The translations under genes and the position numbers were made by a program. This document shows, one piece after another, positions 10,878 to 24,759 of a DNA stretch of 64,000 nucleotides. The stretch covers positions 186,001 to 250,000 of the forward strand of contig MU058139.1 of assembly GCA_013265495.1 (NCBI GenBank). The letters are read 5' to 3'. A model generated the notes under the pieces. That model had not been told where the DNA came from and did not search any database. It saw only the letters and a list, made by a program, of their open reading frames with translations. The stretch is from Vicugna vicugna (taxonomy: Eukaryota). Numbering within the stretch: position 1 is the first letter of the stretch; each line of letters opens with the position of its first letter.

Positions 10878-13800
10878 AAGTTCCTATTTTAGTTCAGCCA
10901 TTGGATGGCTTATAACGTTGGACAATTCTTAATCTAGATACTTGAGTTCCTACTTCTGTAAGATGCCCTACCTTTTCCTTCACACTTTGTGAAGATAAAT
11001 CAAAGAAATAAATCATAAAAGAAGCTTGAAGAATTAAAAACACTGTATAAATGTAAAGCTCTCTTGGGCCAAATTTGACCCCTACCCTGAACTTATTAGT
11101 TCAGAGACATCCAATGAGGACCTTTCATGGTTGGCCAGTGAAGTATCAGCAGTCTGATGTATACACATACCCACAGAGTCAGGATCAAATTTTTCTCAAG
11201 GGCTGTTGATGGAAAAAATAAAAGAACTCTGTTATCAGAAGAACAGGTCATGGACAGTGATTGGAATGATTGAATAGACTTCTCTATTACATCCTTGACC
11301 ACCTTAAAGGAATACAGCCAGTTGTTTTACAGAACTTTAGCACCAGCAAGGACTTCCAAGGTCATTTAATCTAAATCCTTAATTTTACAAATGAAGAAAT
11401 TGAGGACACAAAAGTCAAGCTCTAATTATTGTCAGAACAGGATTTCGATGTACCTATGTAGGAGTCTAGACAGGCGTGTATTATCTTACGTCAAAGTTAA
11501 CCATTATCTATCTAAGGGAAAATTTGTGAACTAGGCCCTTAGGAAAAAAGTACACCCACTTCTTTTCATATGCTTCAGACAGTGTGTGTGGAAGAAAATA
11601 ATGCTGGAACCCAATTCAAATAACATTATTGTGAGTCAATATATTGCTTCCCAAAATGGTTTCATTTTTAAAAGGTATACCTAAAAATGACATGTTTAAT
11701 CAAAGGAATAAAAAAAAGGATAGAATTTCAGATACATTGGTAGTTTGGAGGGAAGATGGCTTTGACATTTATTAACTCTATTTGCAAAAGAGAGAAGACC
11801 ACCCAAAATGTTAGAAAGAATGAAGACCAAAGAGGTGATTCTAGAGAGATGGGGGAGAATGATAATAGGGAATTTTCTTTTAAGTGTGAACAGATGTACT
11901 TCTAAGAATCCCCAATATTCTCATTTTGTAGTTCTGGATGTCTTGTTGCCATGGGAATACGTCCTTTAAATGTAGATTAAGATACCAAAGCCGAGTGTGT
12001 TTCTTTCATGTATAGTGTGGCTTTGAAAGACGTTTTGCTCAGTAAGAGAGCACCATAAACATTTATTTGAGAATGAAATTTAACTACAAAAGATAATACA
12101 TGTGGTACTGCCCGCACTCAGTATAGCATATCTTTCTTTTTTTTTTTTTTAACAAGAAACACACATTTACGTATTAATTCTTGGATTTATATAGCTCCCT
12201 CAGCTGAAACTGTGCTTTGCCCATGGGTGATGTGATATGGCCGGTAACAAAAGAGTCAGCGTGGCAAGAATAGATCAACTCTTAGTCCATCTGTTTTTGT
12301 CTAAGAGAGCTTTTAAATCAGATAGAATAGTTCAGTGAATGCGACAGAGCCATCTTTCCAGAATGGGAGGCAGCACCTCTCATTAATATTTCATAAGTTA
12401 TTTAAGCCATCTGAACTCTGAGCGAAGGACATGTAAGGCAGTAATGAAAGTTTAATATTTACTCCTAGGGAATGCAAGTACTAGTCTGAATAATAATTTC
12501 AGAAGCCTGCGTGGTGATTAGCCCAGGGCTTGAAATGGGCTGTGAAAGGGAAAGAAGTGAATAGACTTGCTCTCCTCACCAAGTCTCCTTGGCCAATCCC
12601 AGATCATCTGTCCCCTCCCCACCAAGACTCCGGGAGAGTGGAAAGTTAACAGAGAAGAGAGATGGATAAGGGAAGGGGAAGCAGAGGAGCCTTCTGGGGG
12701 AAAAGGAGGGCTTCTGGGGAAGCTGTTCCTTCTTAGAAGAGGAAAACAAAACAAAAATAAATGGCACAGAGGACTTTATAACTAATTAATAAGACAGGGA
12801 GAAGTAAGTTACATTAAATTTGGCTTCTGAAATCTAGGGAACGTGTACCTGTTCTATAAATGTCATGGAATGACAGATGAATTATATTTTAGCCCTCTTG
12901 CCAATCCCAGTAAATTCACAAAGCAGAAATTGTCCACACATCTCTTTATAATGTGATGCAACTGGAAATTATTGTTAAAAAATTTTTAATGTCCAACTTC
13001 TTGGAAATCTATAAGCTCCTAAATAATTAGTGGGTTGAGGAAGAAAATAGAAAATGAAATGAAGGACAAGGCAGAAAATAAAAAGAAAGTGCTATAGATC
13101 AAAACCAGGTAAACTCTCTAAGATTTTAAAGAACTAAAAAAAGTAAATAAATGGGAAAGTGTGAGAGCACAATACACTGAAACACTGAGGATCTGTCTTC
13201 CCTCTGAACCTGTCAGCACCTCCTCCCTCTCTCCTTCCCTCTCATCCCACCCCCACTGCTCCCAGCTGGGCTCTGCGCATCACTCCCACATCCCCACACG
13301 TCTTTAGAGGAATTCAGATTCACAAAGGACTTCCTTTTGCTCTTTGTTAGGCATTGGAGCTATTCAGCTCCAGCCCTGGGGACGGTGGAGGGAGGGCTGT
13401 GACTTTTGGTCTGCCTGAGCACACTCGTTATCCTCCAGGGGACGTGCTGTTCAGAGTCTCGTGGCTGTGAGTCACAGAAGAATTCTTAAGGGTCTAAACC
13501 CAAATGGCAGAGAAAGAAGAAGATCTCTGACACCGGAAGCTGGATTGTAGCTGCAGAAAGCAAACACACCAGAGGAGCCTGAGGAGTATTGTTTTCTTTT
13601 AAGCACATATTGAAATTAATTTTAGTTCAAAGACATGTCTTTCTATAGATGGTAGAAAAAAAGGGGGAAATGGAGCGATGTTCAATAGTCTGCATTCTTT
13701 ACCATATTGGATTTGGGGTTTGGGCAGAGAGGAGAAACATTTGGTTAGTTTATTAACACTTTTGCTGTCAGCACAGTTTTCCCATGATTGCTCGGCCATC

Positions 13801-14129
13801 TTGGGCTTTTTAATGAAGTGATAAAGTATGCTGTTGGTCCGGTGGAATAATCATACAGGTTGGCGCCATGGGAGCTGGAAGATAGACTGAGATGGTAGCA
13901 CGGTCTAGTTTTGGAGTGAGAGACTGTGTAGAATGCGCCCTTCCTGTATGTAAAGGAGTTGCATGTTTACCTGGAGATCACAAACCCAACAGAGCAGGTG
14001 AGCCGGGGAGCAGTGATACGGAAGAAGAGGCTGTGGAAATGAGGTTAATCAGAGCATATTGGGGCAAATGGAGAGGATGGCTGGTGCTCGTTGGTGTACG
14101 TGAAAACAATATTGCATGGAAACATGATA

Positions 14130-14800
14130 AAGGACACTGACTCTCTGTTTCACTAAAGGCAAGATATTTAATGTCCCTGAGCCTCCGTTTCCTCATCCAT
14201 AATAGTATAGTGGTATTCCTCTGTATAGCAGGCTTCAGAGATCATTCACTCATTTATGTATTTGTTATCTAAATATTTATCAAACAATTTAGATGCCGGG
14301 CACTGTGCTGAGGGATGGGTGTGTAAAACACAGAGAGATGGAACGAGTAACACACAACTGCATAATTTCAAGGTGGGAGAAGTATCGTGAAGGAAAGGAA
14401 GGATATGAGAGAAAGCAGAAGGGTTGATGACTTCAGTTGAATGGTCAGAGGTAGCTTCCCTAGGGACGAGAAGGCGTTGGCAAAGCAAAGAGCCGAGAGA
14501 AGGAGGGTTCCACTTGGAGGCGCTGACAGAGCCTTCGAGACTGAATTGAGAAAAAACTTGACAAGCACAAAGAACTGAAAACAGATGAGTGTGGCTGGAA
14601 TCACAAAGCAGGGGTAGAGAGAACCAAGAGTTAGGCTGCACTAGATCTTGTAGGGCTGTGCACATGGGGTAAAGAACTTAGTTTTTGTTTTGTTTTTTTT
14701 TTTGATGAAAACGGAAACAGTCGGAATGTTCTTAGCACCATGGCTGGCACAGCAGTGAATGGTTAGTAAGAGGTAACATGACGATCATTCTGATGATGGG
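14130..14800. mobile_element. MIR fragment followed by L2 3' fragment
   Basis: ccctgagcctccgtttcctcatc (MIR core); cattcactcatttat...ccgggcactgtgctgagg...ggtcagaggtagcttccc (L2-like). Confidence 0.6.
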
Positions 14801-14932
14801 GAGGGGAGAGCGGGTAGGAGCAGGTGACACTGGCGTTTATGATCATAGAGGAACACACTTCTAGGTAAAACTGGGCACGTATTCCTGGTTTTAGAAAAGC
14901 AGATTTTTAAAAATCAGAAAAAGGGTAAATTT

Positions 14933-15410
14933 TGTTGACTGAAATAAATACACAACCTAAAAGCTGAGTTATGTTTTATTCGGTGGACAATTCTGAGGAC
15001 TCAGCCTGGGATGACAGCCTCTCAGATCGCTCTGAGGGACCGCTCCAAAGAGGTAGGGGAAGAACAAGGAAATATACGAGCTTTACAACAAAGGCCAGGT
15101 AGTTGGAACAATAAAGATAACTGTTAAAGAAAACCAGGTATCTCAAGTTAAAGAATGTAGTGCTTTTCAATGTATAGGAGGAAGGAAATATTTTGGCTCA
15201 TTGTATTCATTCCTTTGACAAGCATCTAGCTGTCTAGGGCCAGTATCCTGTCCTTTCTTATTCTGAGTCCCCTCAGGGTGCACCACTGTGAGTGGCTGCA
15301 GAGGCTGGGCTGGAGGCTTGTCTTCAGTAGGGGGTGGCGGCAGCCGCTGATGACTTGATGGCTTCAGCATTCTTTGTTACTGATATGGTTTGCAGTATTC
15401 TTCGTTAACA
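14933..15410 (-). mobile_element. Solo ERV1-class LTR
   Basis: TGTTGAC...GTTAACA termini, 478 bp, imperfect 4-bp TSD attt/gttt, minus-strand AATAAA near 14975. Confidence 0.8.
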
Positions 15411-16379
15411 GTTTACTCTGTTGAAAAAGATCTCAGAAGGGACATTATTTCATAATGCATACAAAGCTTTACAATTTTAACTATGAAATCATGAAAATAA
15501 TGAATAGTGAAGATCATAACCTAAGAAAGTAACATTTAGTCCCTGCGTGGCTTCTCTCATCTCATTTCTCCCTCACCCTTTACTCTCCCAGTTGGAATGG
15601 GGCCACATCCCCCTCCTGTGTGCGCAGATTAACCCGAGGCTGGTCTCTGGGGTCAAGTCTTTATTTAGCTAAAAGACATTCCAACTGGTCACTCGCTGCG
15701 CAGGAAGCCACATGTTAAATACCACTGGATGTGAAGGTTCTGTTTTCAGCTCGTGGTTGGACCAAACCTAAATGCCAGCGTATTTGGTTTGCTTTGAATT
15801 AAGATTAAATACTTAACTTGAGTTATGAAATTGTTATATAAAAACAAATCTGGATACTTAGCAGATACAAACAAATGAGCACGGGGATGAAGACCTGGCT
15901 TTGGGACCTGATCCACTGCAGATGCTAAAGCCTGGGCTCCAGGCACACCGAAAATTTCATATGAACCGTGTTTTTCAACCTAGTTAATTTTAGCTCTTTC
16001 TACAGGTTGTAGGTCCTTTATGAAAACTCTTCTTTTATTAAAAAAAATTTTTATGAGCCGTTTCTCTTCAGGAACAAGTTCAGTCTGCTGCCTGTAAAAA
16101 TCAGAAGCCATTCAGACTGTTCCATAGGGTTAAAACTCATGGGTCATATGTAATCAGTTGGGCCTGAAACAATCAGTGTTTGCTGAATGAATAAGGCAAT
16201 CAATGAAAAATCTGGGCCTGGTTGGCATAGAACTTGAAATGGTCCTTATTATTGGTTTGTAAAGGTGAACAGCAACGAAGAACGAAAGTGGTCTGTTGAT
16301 GCTTCTGAAAGTGACCAGGGTATGGCTTCACGTGACTTCTTACGAAAACCCATTTGTCAGTATGAACCAGGTCCAAGTC

Positions 16380-16830
16380 GGAGTCATCTATCTCTAAGTG
16401 ATGCTGCGGTAACAGTCAGTAACAATGAAACAAGTAAAAACTGACTATAAACAAAATATTTCTATGGCTTACAGCAATATATGTTTATTCTTCACTCATG
16501 TTAACATGCTGGTTTAGGGTCAGTGGCAGCTCTGCTGGTCTGGTCCTGGTCCCATCAGTCCCTGGGACCCTGACCCTTGGTCTTGTGAGAGGAGAAAGGT
16601 ACAGATTGTGGAATCAAGCCTCTACGTGGGAATTGGTACATCACTTCTGCTCACACTCTTTTGGGCAAAGCAAGCCCTGTAGCCAAGCCCGCAGCTGATG
16701 GGAAGGATAAATATTAATTCTCCGTGGGGAGGCATCACAAGTTACAAGGCAAGGAGCAGAGATGTTCAATCCTCTTTCGGGGACGGACGTGAACAATTGA
16801 GAAAAATAACGCAGCCTATCTCAGTGCACA
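16380..16830. mobile_element. MLT1-type MaLR LTR, old
   Basis: gctgcggtaaca...ggcttacagcaa...tttattcttcactcatg...tcacttctgctcacactcttttggg motifs typical of MLT1 LTRs. Confidence 0.6.
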
Positions 16831-18018
16831 AACACAAAGGAAAGAGGGTTTTTCTTGTTGTTGTTGTGGGGGAGGGGTATGCAAATTCACAAGCCCTGTG
16901 ATATTGAATGCAAGATGTGCTGCAACAGTGCTTGGTCACTTTAGAGCATTTAAGGATTGTGGTTACAGTATTGCCGTATCTGGGATCCAGGGAGAATACA
17001 GGCTTTTGGAATTAATAAGGTTTTGTTTCCACAGAGAGAGAGAAACCTAGCCAAAATCAATTGTACCTTCTAGGTTTAAAGCCCTTGAGCCCTATAAGTT
17101 CCTCTTAAAACATTTGGACTGCAGCTGCCTTTCTCCTTGCTGAAGTCCTTGAATTTCATTAGTGAAGCCCAGGGGAATGGCCCACTTTCGCTTGCTCTGC
17201 TGCTATTTGGCTGTTTTTCTTCCCTCTTGTCGTCTTCTAATGGGCAGAATAGAAAAGAGATACTATAATCTCAGCCGAAGCGAACGGCACCCTGGAGGAT
17301 TCCAGAGCAGGAAGATATCTTACTGTGTGTTTCATGCTTTCCTGGTTTCCAAGAACTGTGGTATGTCTGTGTCTCTAGCAAAAGTGGAACCATCATACCA
17401 TGCCGTAAAATTAGTGAGTTGACGAGTGTCTGTCACACTGTATTTGCAGAGGTCTGTGTTAGATGCTGAGGGTGAAACAGAAATTTTCTCTTGCCTCAGA
17501 GGTTTGCTGTTTGGTTAGAGAGCTATTTAGCATAACTTTATGGGCGTATGTGAAATTTGTGTTACAGCTCAGTAAAGGAGCTGGTTGGGGATGAGTCGGA
17601 GGAAAGGCATGCAATTTCAATGTCTGTGTGAGAGCCAGTCATACGGCTGTACCATCATTTATTTAATTGCCCTCCTGTTGTTAGACATTTGGAATATTTT
17701 CCCTTCTTGTTACTCCAGAGCGTGCTTTGACATGAATCCTTGGGTGTCTTTTTCTGTATCTTCAATGATTTCCTTACGATGGAGTGTTGGACTTAAAGTT
17801 ACTGGGTCCAAAACTATGAACATTTTCAAGACTCCTGATATATATCGTCCAATTCTATTCCAGAAATGTATGCTTCCACCAGTTACGGGTGGGAGGGATG
17901 TGTTGCCATGTCCCCACCGGCTTTGAGGTTCACACTTTGAAGCTCGCTCTTTTATTTCCACTTCCTCTTGACTTGGATACTCCTTCAAGTTTCAGCTTAA
18001 AAGTTACTTCTTTTGAGA

Positions 18019-18308
18019 CATAAAAAACAAAATTGTGGTTACCAGGGGAGAAAAGGGGGAGGTGGAAGGATAAATTGGGGGTTTGGGATTTGCAGACACC
18101 AACTACTATATATAAAATAGATAAACAATAACTTCCTACTGTCTAGCACAGGGAGCTATATTCAATATCTTGTAATAGCCTATAATGAGAAAGAATATGA
18201 AAAGGAACATCTGTCTATCTATCTATCATCTATCTGTCTATCTCAATCAGTATGCTGTACACCAGTAACTAACACAACATTGTAAACTGACTATACTTCA
18301 ATTAAAAA
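18019..18308 (+). mobile_element. Short 5'-truncated L1 3' UTR insertion with 20-bp TSD
   Basis: TSD aaaagttacttcttttgaga 17999-18018 / aaaagttatttctgttgaga 18309-18328; G-rich tract; ends acacaacattgtaaactgactatacttcaattaaaa. Confidence 0.88.
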
Positions 18309-19809
18309 AAAAGTTATTTCTGTTGAGAAATATTCCCTAATCCTCTGTGGGAGTTCAGAAGTTTTGGTGAAGTCAGTGGTTCTCTTTAAGACCTTGAGAT
18401 CACCCTCACACTATTCCGCAATGAAAGTCATAGATGATATAAGCCCACACTGTGTACATACATTATATAAATAAAAATAGTTCTAAGTGTAAGATTTAGG
18501 AGAAGCAAAGAAAAGTGGAAAAAAAAAAAAAGGAGTGATGTCAGCATGTTAAAAGTCTGGCCAAGCTGCACTTGAAGACAAAATGAAGTCGTAAATTGTT
18601 TGCTCCCTGAACCATTTCAACGCTGCGGTGGAAATGCCTGCTGGCATCGCTCTGGACGCTGCTGATGAATCTTCTGAAATGGTGACCAATTCTTGGCAGA
18701 TTTCCAGGAGAAAATTAAAAAGAGCTTTTTTTTTTTTTTTTTTCCGGATTTACACTCTGCTTGTCATCTTGGAAAATTTGGTGTATTTTAAAACTCAGCA
18801 AAAATGTTTTGCATTTAGAATATAAAATAGAGCTAGATTTTACATTTATAAAAGTTGCTGCAATGAATATCACCTAGGCTACAGGAGAATCCTTGCTGTG
18901 TGTGACTGTCTCTTACATTTCAGGGTGTTTTAGTATTTTTTGGTCCCCAGCCGCTAAATGCCAATAGCGCCCCACCACCACTGTGTTAACAATTAAAACA
19001 CAAACGAAAAATGCCTTCACCAATTTCCAAAATGCCTATTGTTGTACCTATTGAGAATCATTGTGTTAAGTAATAATGTAGCACTCTGCACTTGCCCAAA
19101 CATGATGCTTCATGCTTTTTAAAAAAATGTGCTTGCTTGTAGTGAGTTCCTGCGAGCGGTGGCTGTCTTTCACAGCGAGGTCCCCAGCAGAGGTCCTAGC
19201 ATTTACTGATGCCTTGATGATGTTAGCTGAGGGAATGGATTGATATTTGGATGGCTAGCTCTTCCAAGATAGTTCTATATAACAAGGGTAGTATGTACAT
19301 CCATGCAGTAATTCCTGATTGGGGTGAGAAACATCTAGTGCTTCACCTTTAAAAAGTTCAAGAGTAACAGCTATTCTTGAGCCCACATTTTCTAGTACTA
19401 GGCATGTTGCTGAGGATTTCACATATTTGTATCCTCTGTTGGTGGCTCCAGCAAATCCTTGAGCTAGGCTTAGATTTAGTAACTTGTTCAGGTTATGTAA
19501 GTGACAAGGGTGGGAACCGAACCCAGTCTACGTGACTTCATAGACCAGGCTCATGGCCATTGCACTATAAGATACTGACTGTTGACTTAAAATAAGTGGT
19601 CTTTATTATAAGAAGGAAATTTTCTTTTGCTCCTGACTTTCTAAGAGTTTCTAATTAATAGGAACGCTAACAAACTGTTTGACATCTGCAGAGATACGCA
19701 GTTTAGCTTTTTGGATCTATTGATGAGCTTAACGAATAATTTATAATCTCAAACAATTTTTGTATTACTCTTCTCCTCATGTTTGATTTGATATGTAAGC
19801 CAAACAGTG

Positions 19810-20770
19810 GAGTGAATTCATTTTTCCAAAACTGTGTTTAGGATTTTTGTATCTATATTAATAGGTGAGATCTACCCGTAGTTTTCTTTTGTATTATCCA
19901 CGTTGGGTTTTGGTGAGATGGTTCTGAGAAAAATTATTTGGGAATCGTTCCATGTTTGAGGGTTCCTTAGAACAAATTATATATGGGATTTATCTGATCC
20001 TTAAAAGTTTAAAATAACTTACCAGACAGAGCATTTTCTAGTTTTTTTTTGGGGGGGTAATTATTTGGTAATGTTTTCAGTTTTATCCATGGCTTATTGT
20101 CTACCCAAATTTTATTTTTCTTCTTGTAATAATTTTAAGAATTTTTCTGAAATAACTATTTCAGATATTCAACATACTGTTCTATGTACAATTATCATAA
20201 TGAACAAATTTTTCAGTATCTGTGTCTGTGTCATTTTTGTCCTTTTAGGTTTTGTGTATTTATGCTTATTCCATTTTTTGTTCCTTTTCTTTATTTTCCT
20301 GTATCTTTATTGCCAAAGACATGTCTTTTCATATCTCTCTCCCCCAACCTCCCTCAAAAAACCCAGTTCTTGAATGTATTTACGGATTTTACCTTTTTTG
20401 TATTTTATTAGGTTTTGCTTTTATTTGTATTTTATTTTTTCTCATTTTGGTACTTTTTTTTTCCCAATTTTTAAAGTTGACTCCTTAAGTTGACTCTCTT
20501 TCATCTACTTTGTCTTTCTTTCTTTCAGTAATGAAAGCAGTTTAGTCTTTGAATTTCTTTGATTACATACTTGGCCGAAACTTGCAAATTTTGATATGTT
20601 ATGTTCTCATATTTTGTTGTTTTCTAAATAATGCATAATTGTAAATTTATTTCCTTTTTGACATTGTGGAAGTTATTAGGAGAACATTTTAAAACTTCTT
20701 ATGATTTTGGATTTTTTTGGCTTAAGATTTTTTGAATCAATTTTTACTATTATTGCATTGTGCTAGAAAA
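19810..20770 (-). mobile_element. Highly decayed old L1 fragments
   Basis: T-rich antisense L1-like tracts (ggatttttgtatctatattaataggtgagat...tagttttctttt; tattgcattgtg). Confidence 0.5.
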
Positions 20771-20930
20771 TGACCCACTGACTTTACCTTTCAAGTGTAA
20801 TACGAATATGTAACCCAGATTAGAATATAACTCATTTTGAATCTGCCATTTTCTTATCTCGAAATAATGCCACCATGGCCAAGGTAACTTTGTTGATTAG
20901 GATTACAGATAATTTTATTTTTCTGTTTAG

Positions 20931-21075
20931 GTTCGAGATGATGAAACCTTGCTTGGAAAAGTCTGTGGCAATGAAACCCTCTCTCACATTAAGTCCATTA
21001 CTAATAGTATCTGGATGAGACTTAAAATAGATGCTTCTGTTGCAAGAGCTAGTTTCAGAGCTGTTTATCAAGTTG
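20931..21075 (+). CDS. CUBN: CUBN exon (human exon 18 equivalent), CUB3 second half
   Basis: ctgtttag|GTT CGA GAT...CAA GTT G|gtaag; 145 nt; [48 protein letters not shown]. Confidence 0.96.
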
Positions 21076-21300
21076 GTAAGAAAACTTATGCCTTAATTTT
21101 TAGGTGTCTAATTTGCCTGACTGTAACATTTTCATTTCCTGAAATAATTTAGTCATTTTATGTCCTCCAGTGATAAGGGGGAAATTCTAATACTAGTGTC
21201 ACATTCTGGGATATCTTTATGCAGTTAGACTTTGCAATAAAATTGAAGGCAACAGTCACTTATCTTTGGACAAATGCTACTGTCATTTTCATCCTTACAG

Positions 21301-21479
21301 CTTGTGGAGGAGAATTAACCGGAGAAGGGGTCATTCGCTCTCCCTTTTATCCTAATGTGTATCCAGGAGAAAAGATCTGTAGGTGGGTCATCCACCAACC
21401 CCAAAGCCAAGTCATCCTCCTCAACTTCACTGCCTTTGAAGTGGGAAGTTCTGTCCACTGTGATACAGACTATATTGAG
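21301..21479 (+). CDS. CUBN: CUBN exon (human exon 19 equivalent), CUB4 first half
   Basis: ccttacag|CT TGT GGA GGA...ATT GAG|gtaaga; 179 nt; [28 protein letters not shown]...CDTDYIE. Confidence 0.97.
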
Positions 21480-21564
21480 GTAAGAACATTTGCATTTGAT
21501 TGGATATTATTAAAAATATTATGTCATGTTATCCTCAAATCAGTTGCACGAAACAAAACTGGTT

Positions 21565-23740
21565 TGTACAGACCAGTATCTCTTAGGAATATAGATGCTA
21601 AAATCCTCAAGAAAACACTAGCTAACTGAAATCAGCAGCATGCAAAAAGGAGTTTATACCATGACCAAGCGGGATTTATCCCAAGAATGCAAGGTAGGTA
21701 TAGGTCCAAAAATCAATTAGTGTAAAATAAAATACAGGGGGAAAAAAACACATCATAACCTCGATAGATGTAAGAAAAGTATTTGACAAAGTCCAGTACC
21801 TTTTCATGATGGAAACACTCAACAAACCAAGAATAGAAGGGAGCTTCCTTAATCTGATAAAGGACATCTATCAAAACCCCACAGCTAACATCATCCTTAG
21901 TGATGAAGCACTGATGCTTTGCTCCTACGGCCAGTAAAAAGACAAAGGTGCCCGTTCTCACCACTTGTGTTCAGCATTGTGCTGGAAATTCTTGATAAAA
22001 CAGTTAAACAAAGAAAGGAAGTAAAATGCACCCAGAATGAAAACAAAGGAGTAAAACTACTTCTATTCACAGAAAACATGATCTTGTATGTAGACAATTA
22101 TAAAGAATCTATACACAAACACACACAACTATTAGAACTAATAAATTCAGCATGTTGCAGGATCTAAGATCAGAATATGAAAGTCATTTCTTTTTCATAG
22201 CAATGAACAATTTGAAAATGAAATCAAAGAAAGAATTCCATTTCCAATAGCATAGAAAAGAATAAACATTAAGGAATATATCTTTTAAAAAGACATGTGA
22301 AACTTGTACTCAAAAACTCCAAAACATCAATGAAGAAAATTAGACCTAAATAAGTGGAAAGATGGCTCATGTGAATGGGTTAGAAGATGATGTTGTTAAT
22401 ATGGCAATATTTCTGAAATTTATCTAAGGATCCAATTCAGTCCCTATGAAAATCCCAGCTGGCACTTCTGTAGACATTCACAAGCTGATTGTAAAATTCT
22501 AGTGGAAATGCAAGGGAACTGGGGTAACTGGAAGCATTCTTTAAAAAGAACACCATTGGAGGATTCCCAATTATGATTTTAAAACTCAGAACAAGACTAT
22601 AATAATCAAAACAGCACGTTATTTTAGTGAAGATAAAAATATAGAGCAATGGAACGCAATTGAAAATTCAGAAATAAATTCATACCTTTATGAACAATTG
22701 ATTTTTGAAAAGGGTGCCAGGACATTTCAATAAGAAAAATATTTTTTTCAACAAATACTGCTGAATATGCACATACAGAATTATGCAACTGGAACCCTTC
22801 CTTACACCATATACAAAAATTAACTCAAAATGGATCATAGACCTAAATGTAGGAGCTAACACAGTGAAACGTTTAAAGAAAACAAAGTTTTTTGACCTTG
22901 GGTTACCCAAAGCCTTCTTAGTTATGACACAAAAAACACAACAAAAATAAAAATTGGACTTCCCAAAAATTAACCCAACTAATCTAATTTTTTTAAGTGG
23001 GTGAAGAATATGAATATATATTTCCTTAAAGAAGATATACAACTAGTTAATAAGCACATGAAAAATAGTCTTAACATCACTAATCATCAGGGAAATACAA
23101 ATCAAACCACAATAAGATGTTATTTCACACCCACTAGAATGACTGTAATCAAGGAGTCAGATAATAACAAGTGTTGAAATTGGAACCCTTTTACACTTAA
23201 AGCCTGCTGGTGAGCATTTAAAAGGTATAGCTGCTTTGGAAAACAATTGGCAGTTCCTCAAATAGTTAAACATAGAGTTATCATTTGATCCATCAATTCC
23301 ACTTCTAAGTGTGTACCCAAGGGAAATGAAAAAAATATGTATCTACACAAACATTTGTACATGAATGACTATGCTTGTTACTCATAGTAGCCAGAAAGTG
23401 GAAACAACCTAAATGCCCATCAACTGATAAATGGATTCATGAAATGTGATGTATCCCTGCAACAGAATGCTATATGGCATTAAAAAGAGATGAAGTAGTG
23501 ACACACACTACAACATGGACAAACTTCGAAGATGTTATGCTAAGTGAAAGAAGCTAGGCACAAAGAACGCATATTGTATGATTCTATTTATTTGAAATGT
23601 CTAGAAGAGGCAATCTGTAGAAACAGAAAATGGATTAGTGGCTTCATGGAACCAGGGTTTGAGGTGAATGGGGGATAACTGCCAGTGAGTATGGAGTTTC
23701 TTTTGGGGTGCTTAAAATATTCTAAAATGGATTTTTACCA
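21565..23740 (+). mobile_element. Old LINE-1 (L1MB/MC-like), ORF2 RT region to 3' UTR, sense to CUBN
   Basis: [20 protein letters not shown] and RQRCPFSPLVFSIVLEIL...LLFTENMILYV are L1 RT motifs, with many stops and frameshifts; 3' UTR-type gagtatggagtttcttttgggg. Confidence 0.9.
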
Positions 23741-23861
23741 TATTAATAAAACATTTTTGAAAAAAAATTTTTGATGCAGTTTTCCAAAATAAATATCTCA
23801 CAAAATACATTTAAAAAAATGTGGGTGTTTTTTGTTTGTTTGTTTGTTTGTTTTTGCTTAG

Positions 23862-24027
23862 ATTGGTAGCAGTTCCATTTTGGGTTCTTCTGAAAATAAG
23901 AAGTATTGTGGCACAGACGTACCGTCACTTGTAACATCTGTGTACAATTTTCTTCATGTCATATTTGTGAAAAGCTCTTCTGCTGAAAATCGTGGTTTCA
24001 TGGCCAGATTTAGTACTGAAGCTTTGG
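23862..24027 (+). CDS. CUBN: CUBN exon (human exon 20 equivalent), CUB4 second half
   Basis: tttgcttag|ATT GGT AGC...GCT TTG G|gtaaga; 166 nt; [30 protein letters not shown]...[11 protein letters not shown]. Confidence 0.96.
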
Positions 24028-24369
24028 GTAAGAGACTGACTCCTCAACTTTGCCTTTTGGGCTTGTATCAGAGAAGTGAACAATAGAAATAAATGATTAT
24101 AGAAAATGAATTGACATTGTAGATGTTTGGTCATCTACACTGTAAAACTTTTAAAGCAGACTCAAAGGTAAAGAAAAGAATATATCTCCTAATCAGCTCA
24201 TATTAATTGATGTATTAGTAAAGGGAAAACTAGGTTACCTTAAATGGCATAGAAGGAACATTTTTCTTTTTGACCTATTAAGAGGTTATGATCAGATTAT
24301 TTTAGTTGGCATTCCAGGTAGCATGTTAGTTCCTTGTTGTAATAATCATTATTATTTTTATTTTAACAG

Positions 24370-24586
24370 CATGTGGACAAGTTCTTACAGAGTCAACAGG
24401 AAGCATTCAAAGTCCTGGCCATCCAAATATCTACCCGCATGGTGTCAACTGTACCTGGCATATACTAGTCCAACCTAGTCACTTGATTCACCTCATATTC
24501 AGGGAATTTCATCTGGAGTTTCATTACAATTGCACCAAGGATTATCTGGAAATTTATGACTCTGAGTCTGACACATCTCTTGGGAG
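24370..24586 (+). CDS. CUBN: CUBN exon (human exon 21 equivalent), CUB5 first part; absent from the ORF track
   Basis: ttttaacag|CA TGT GGA CAA...CTT GGG AG|gtgata; 217 nt; hand translation [72 protein letters not shown]. Confidence 0.96.
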
Positions 24587-24759
24587 GTGATACTATTTCG
24601 TTTTTGTCTTTTTAACATAAAAACTTGCTTTCTTGCATGCCTGCTTCAGTGAAGGATGTTAAAATCCACCATGTTGTGTTATAAAAACCAGATGAGGTCA
24701 ACACACTTCTCAATGACCATTTCTACATCATGACTCGCTACTCTGTAGCCTTCGCCAAT

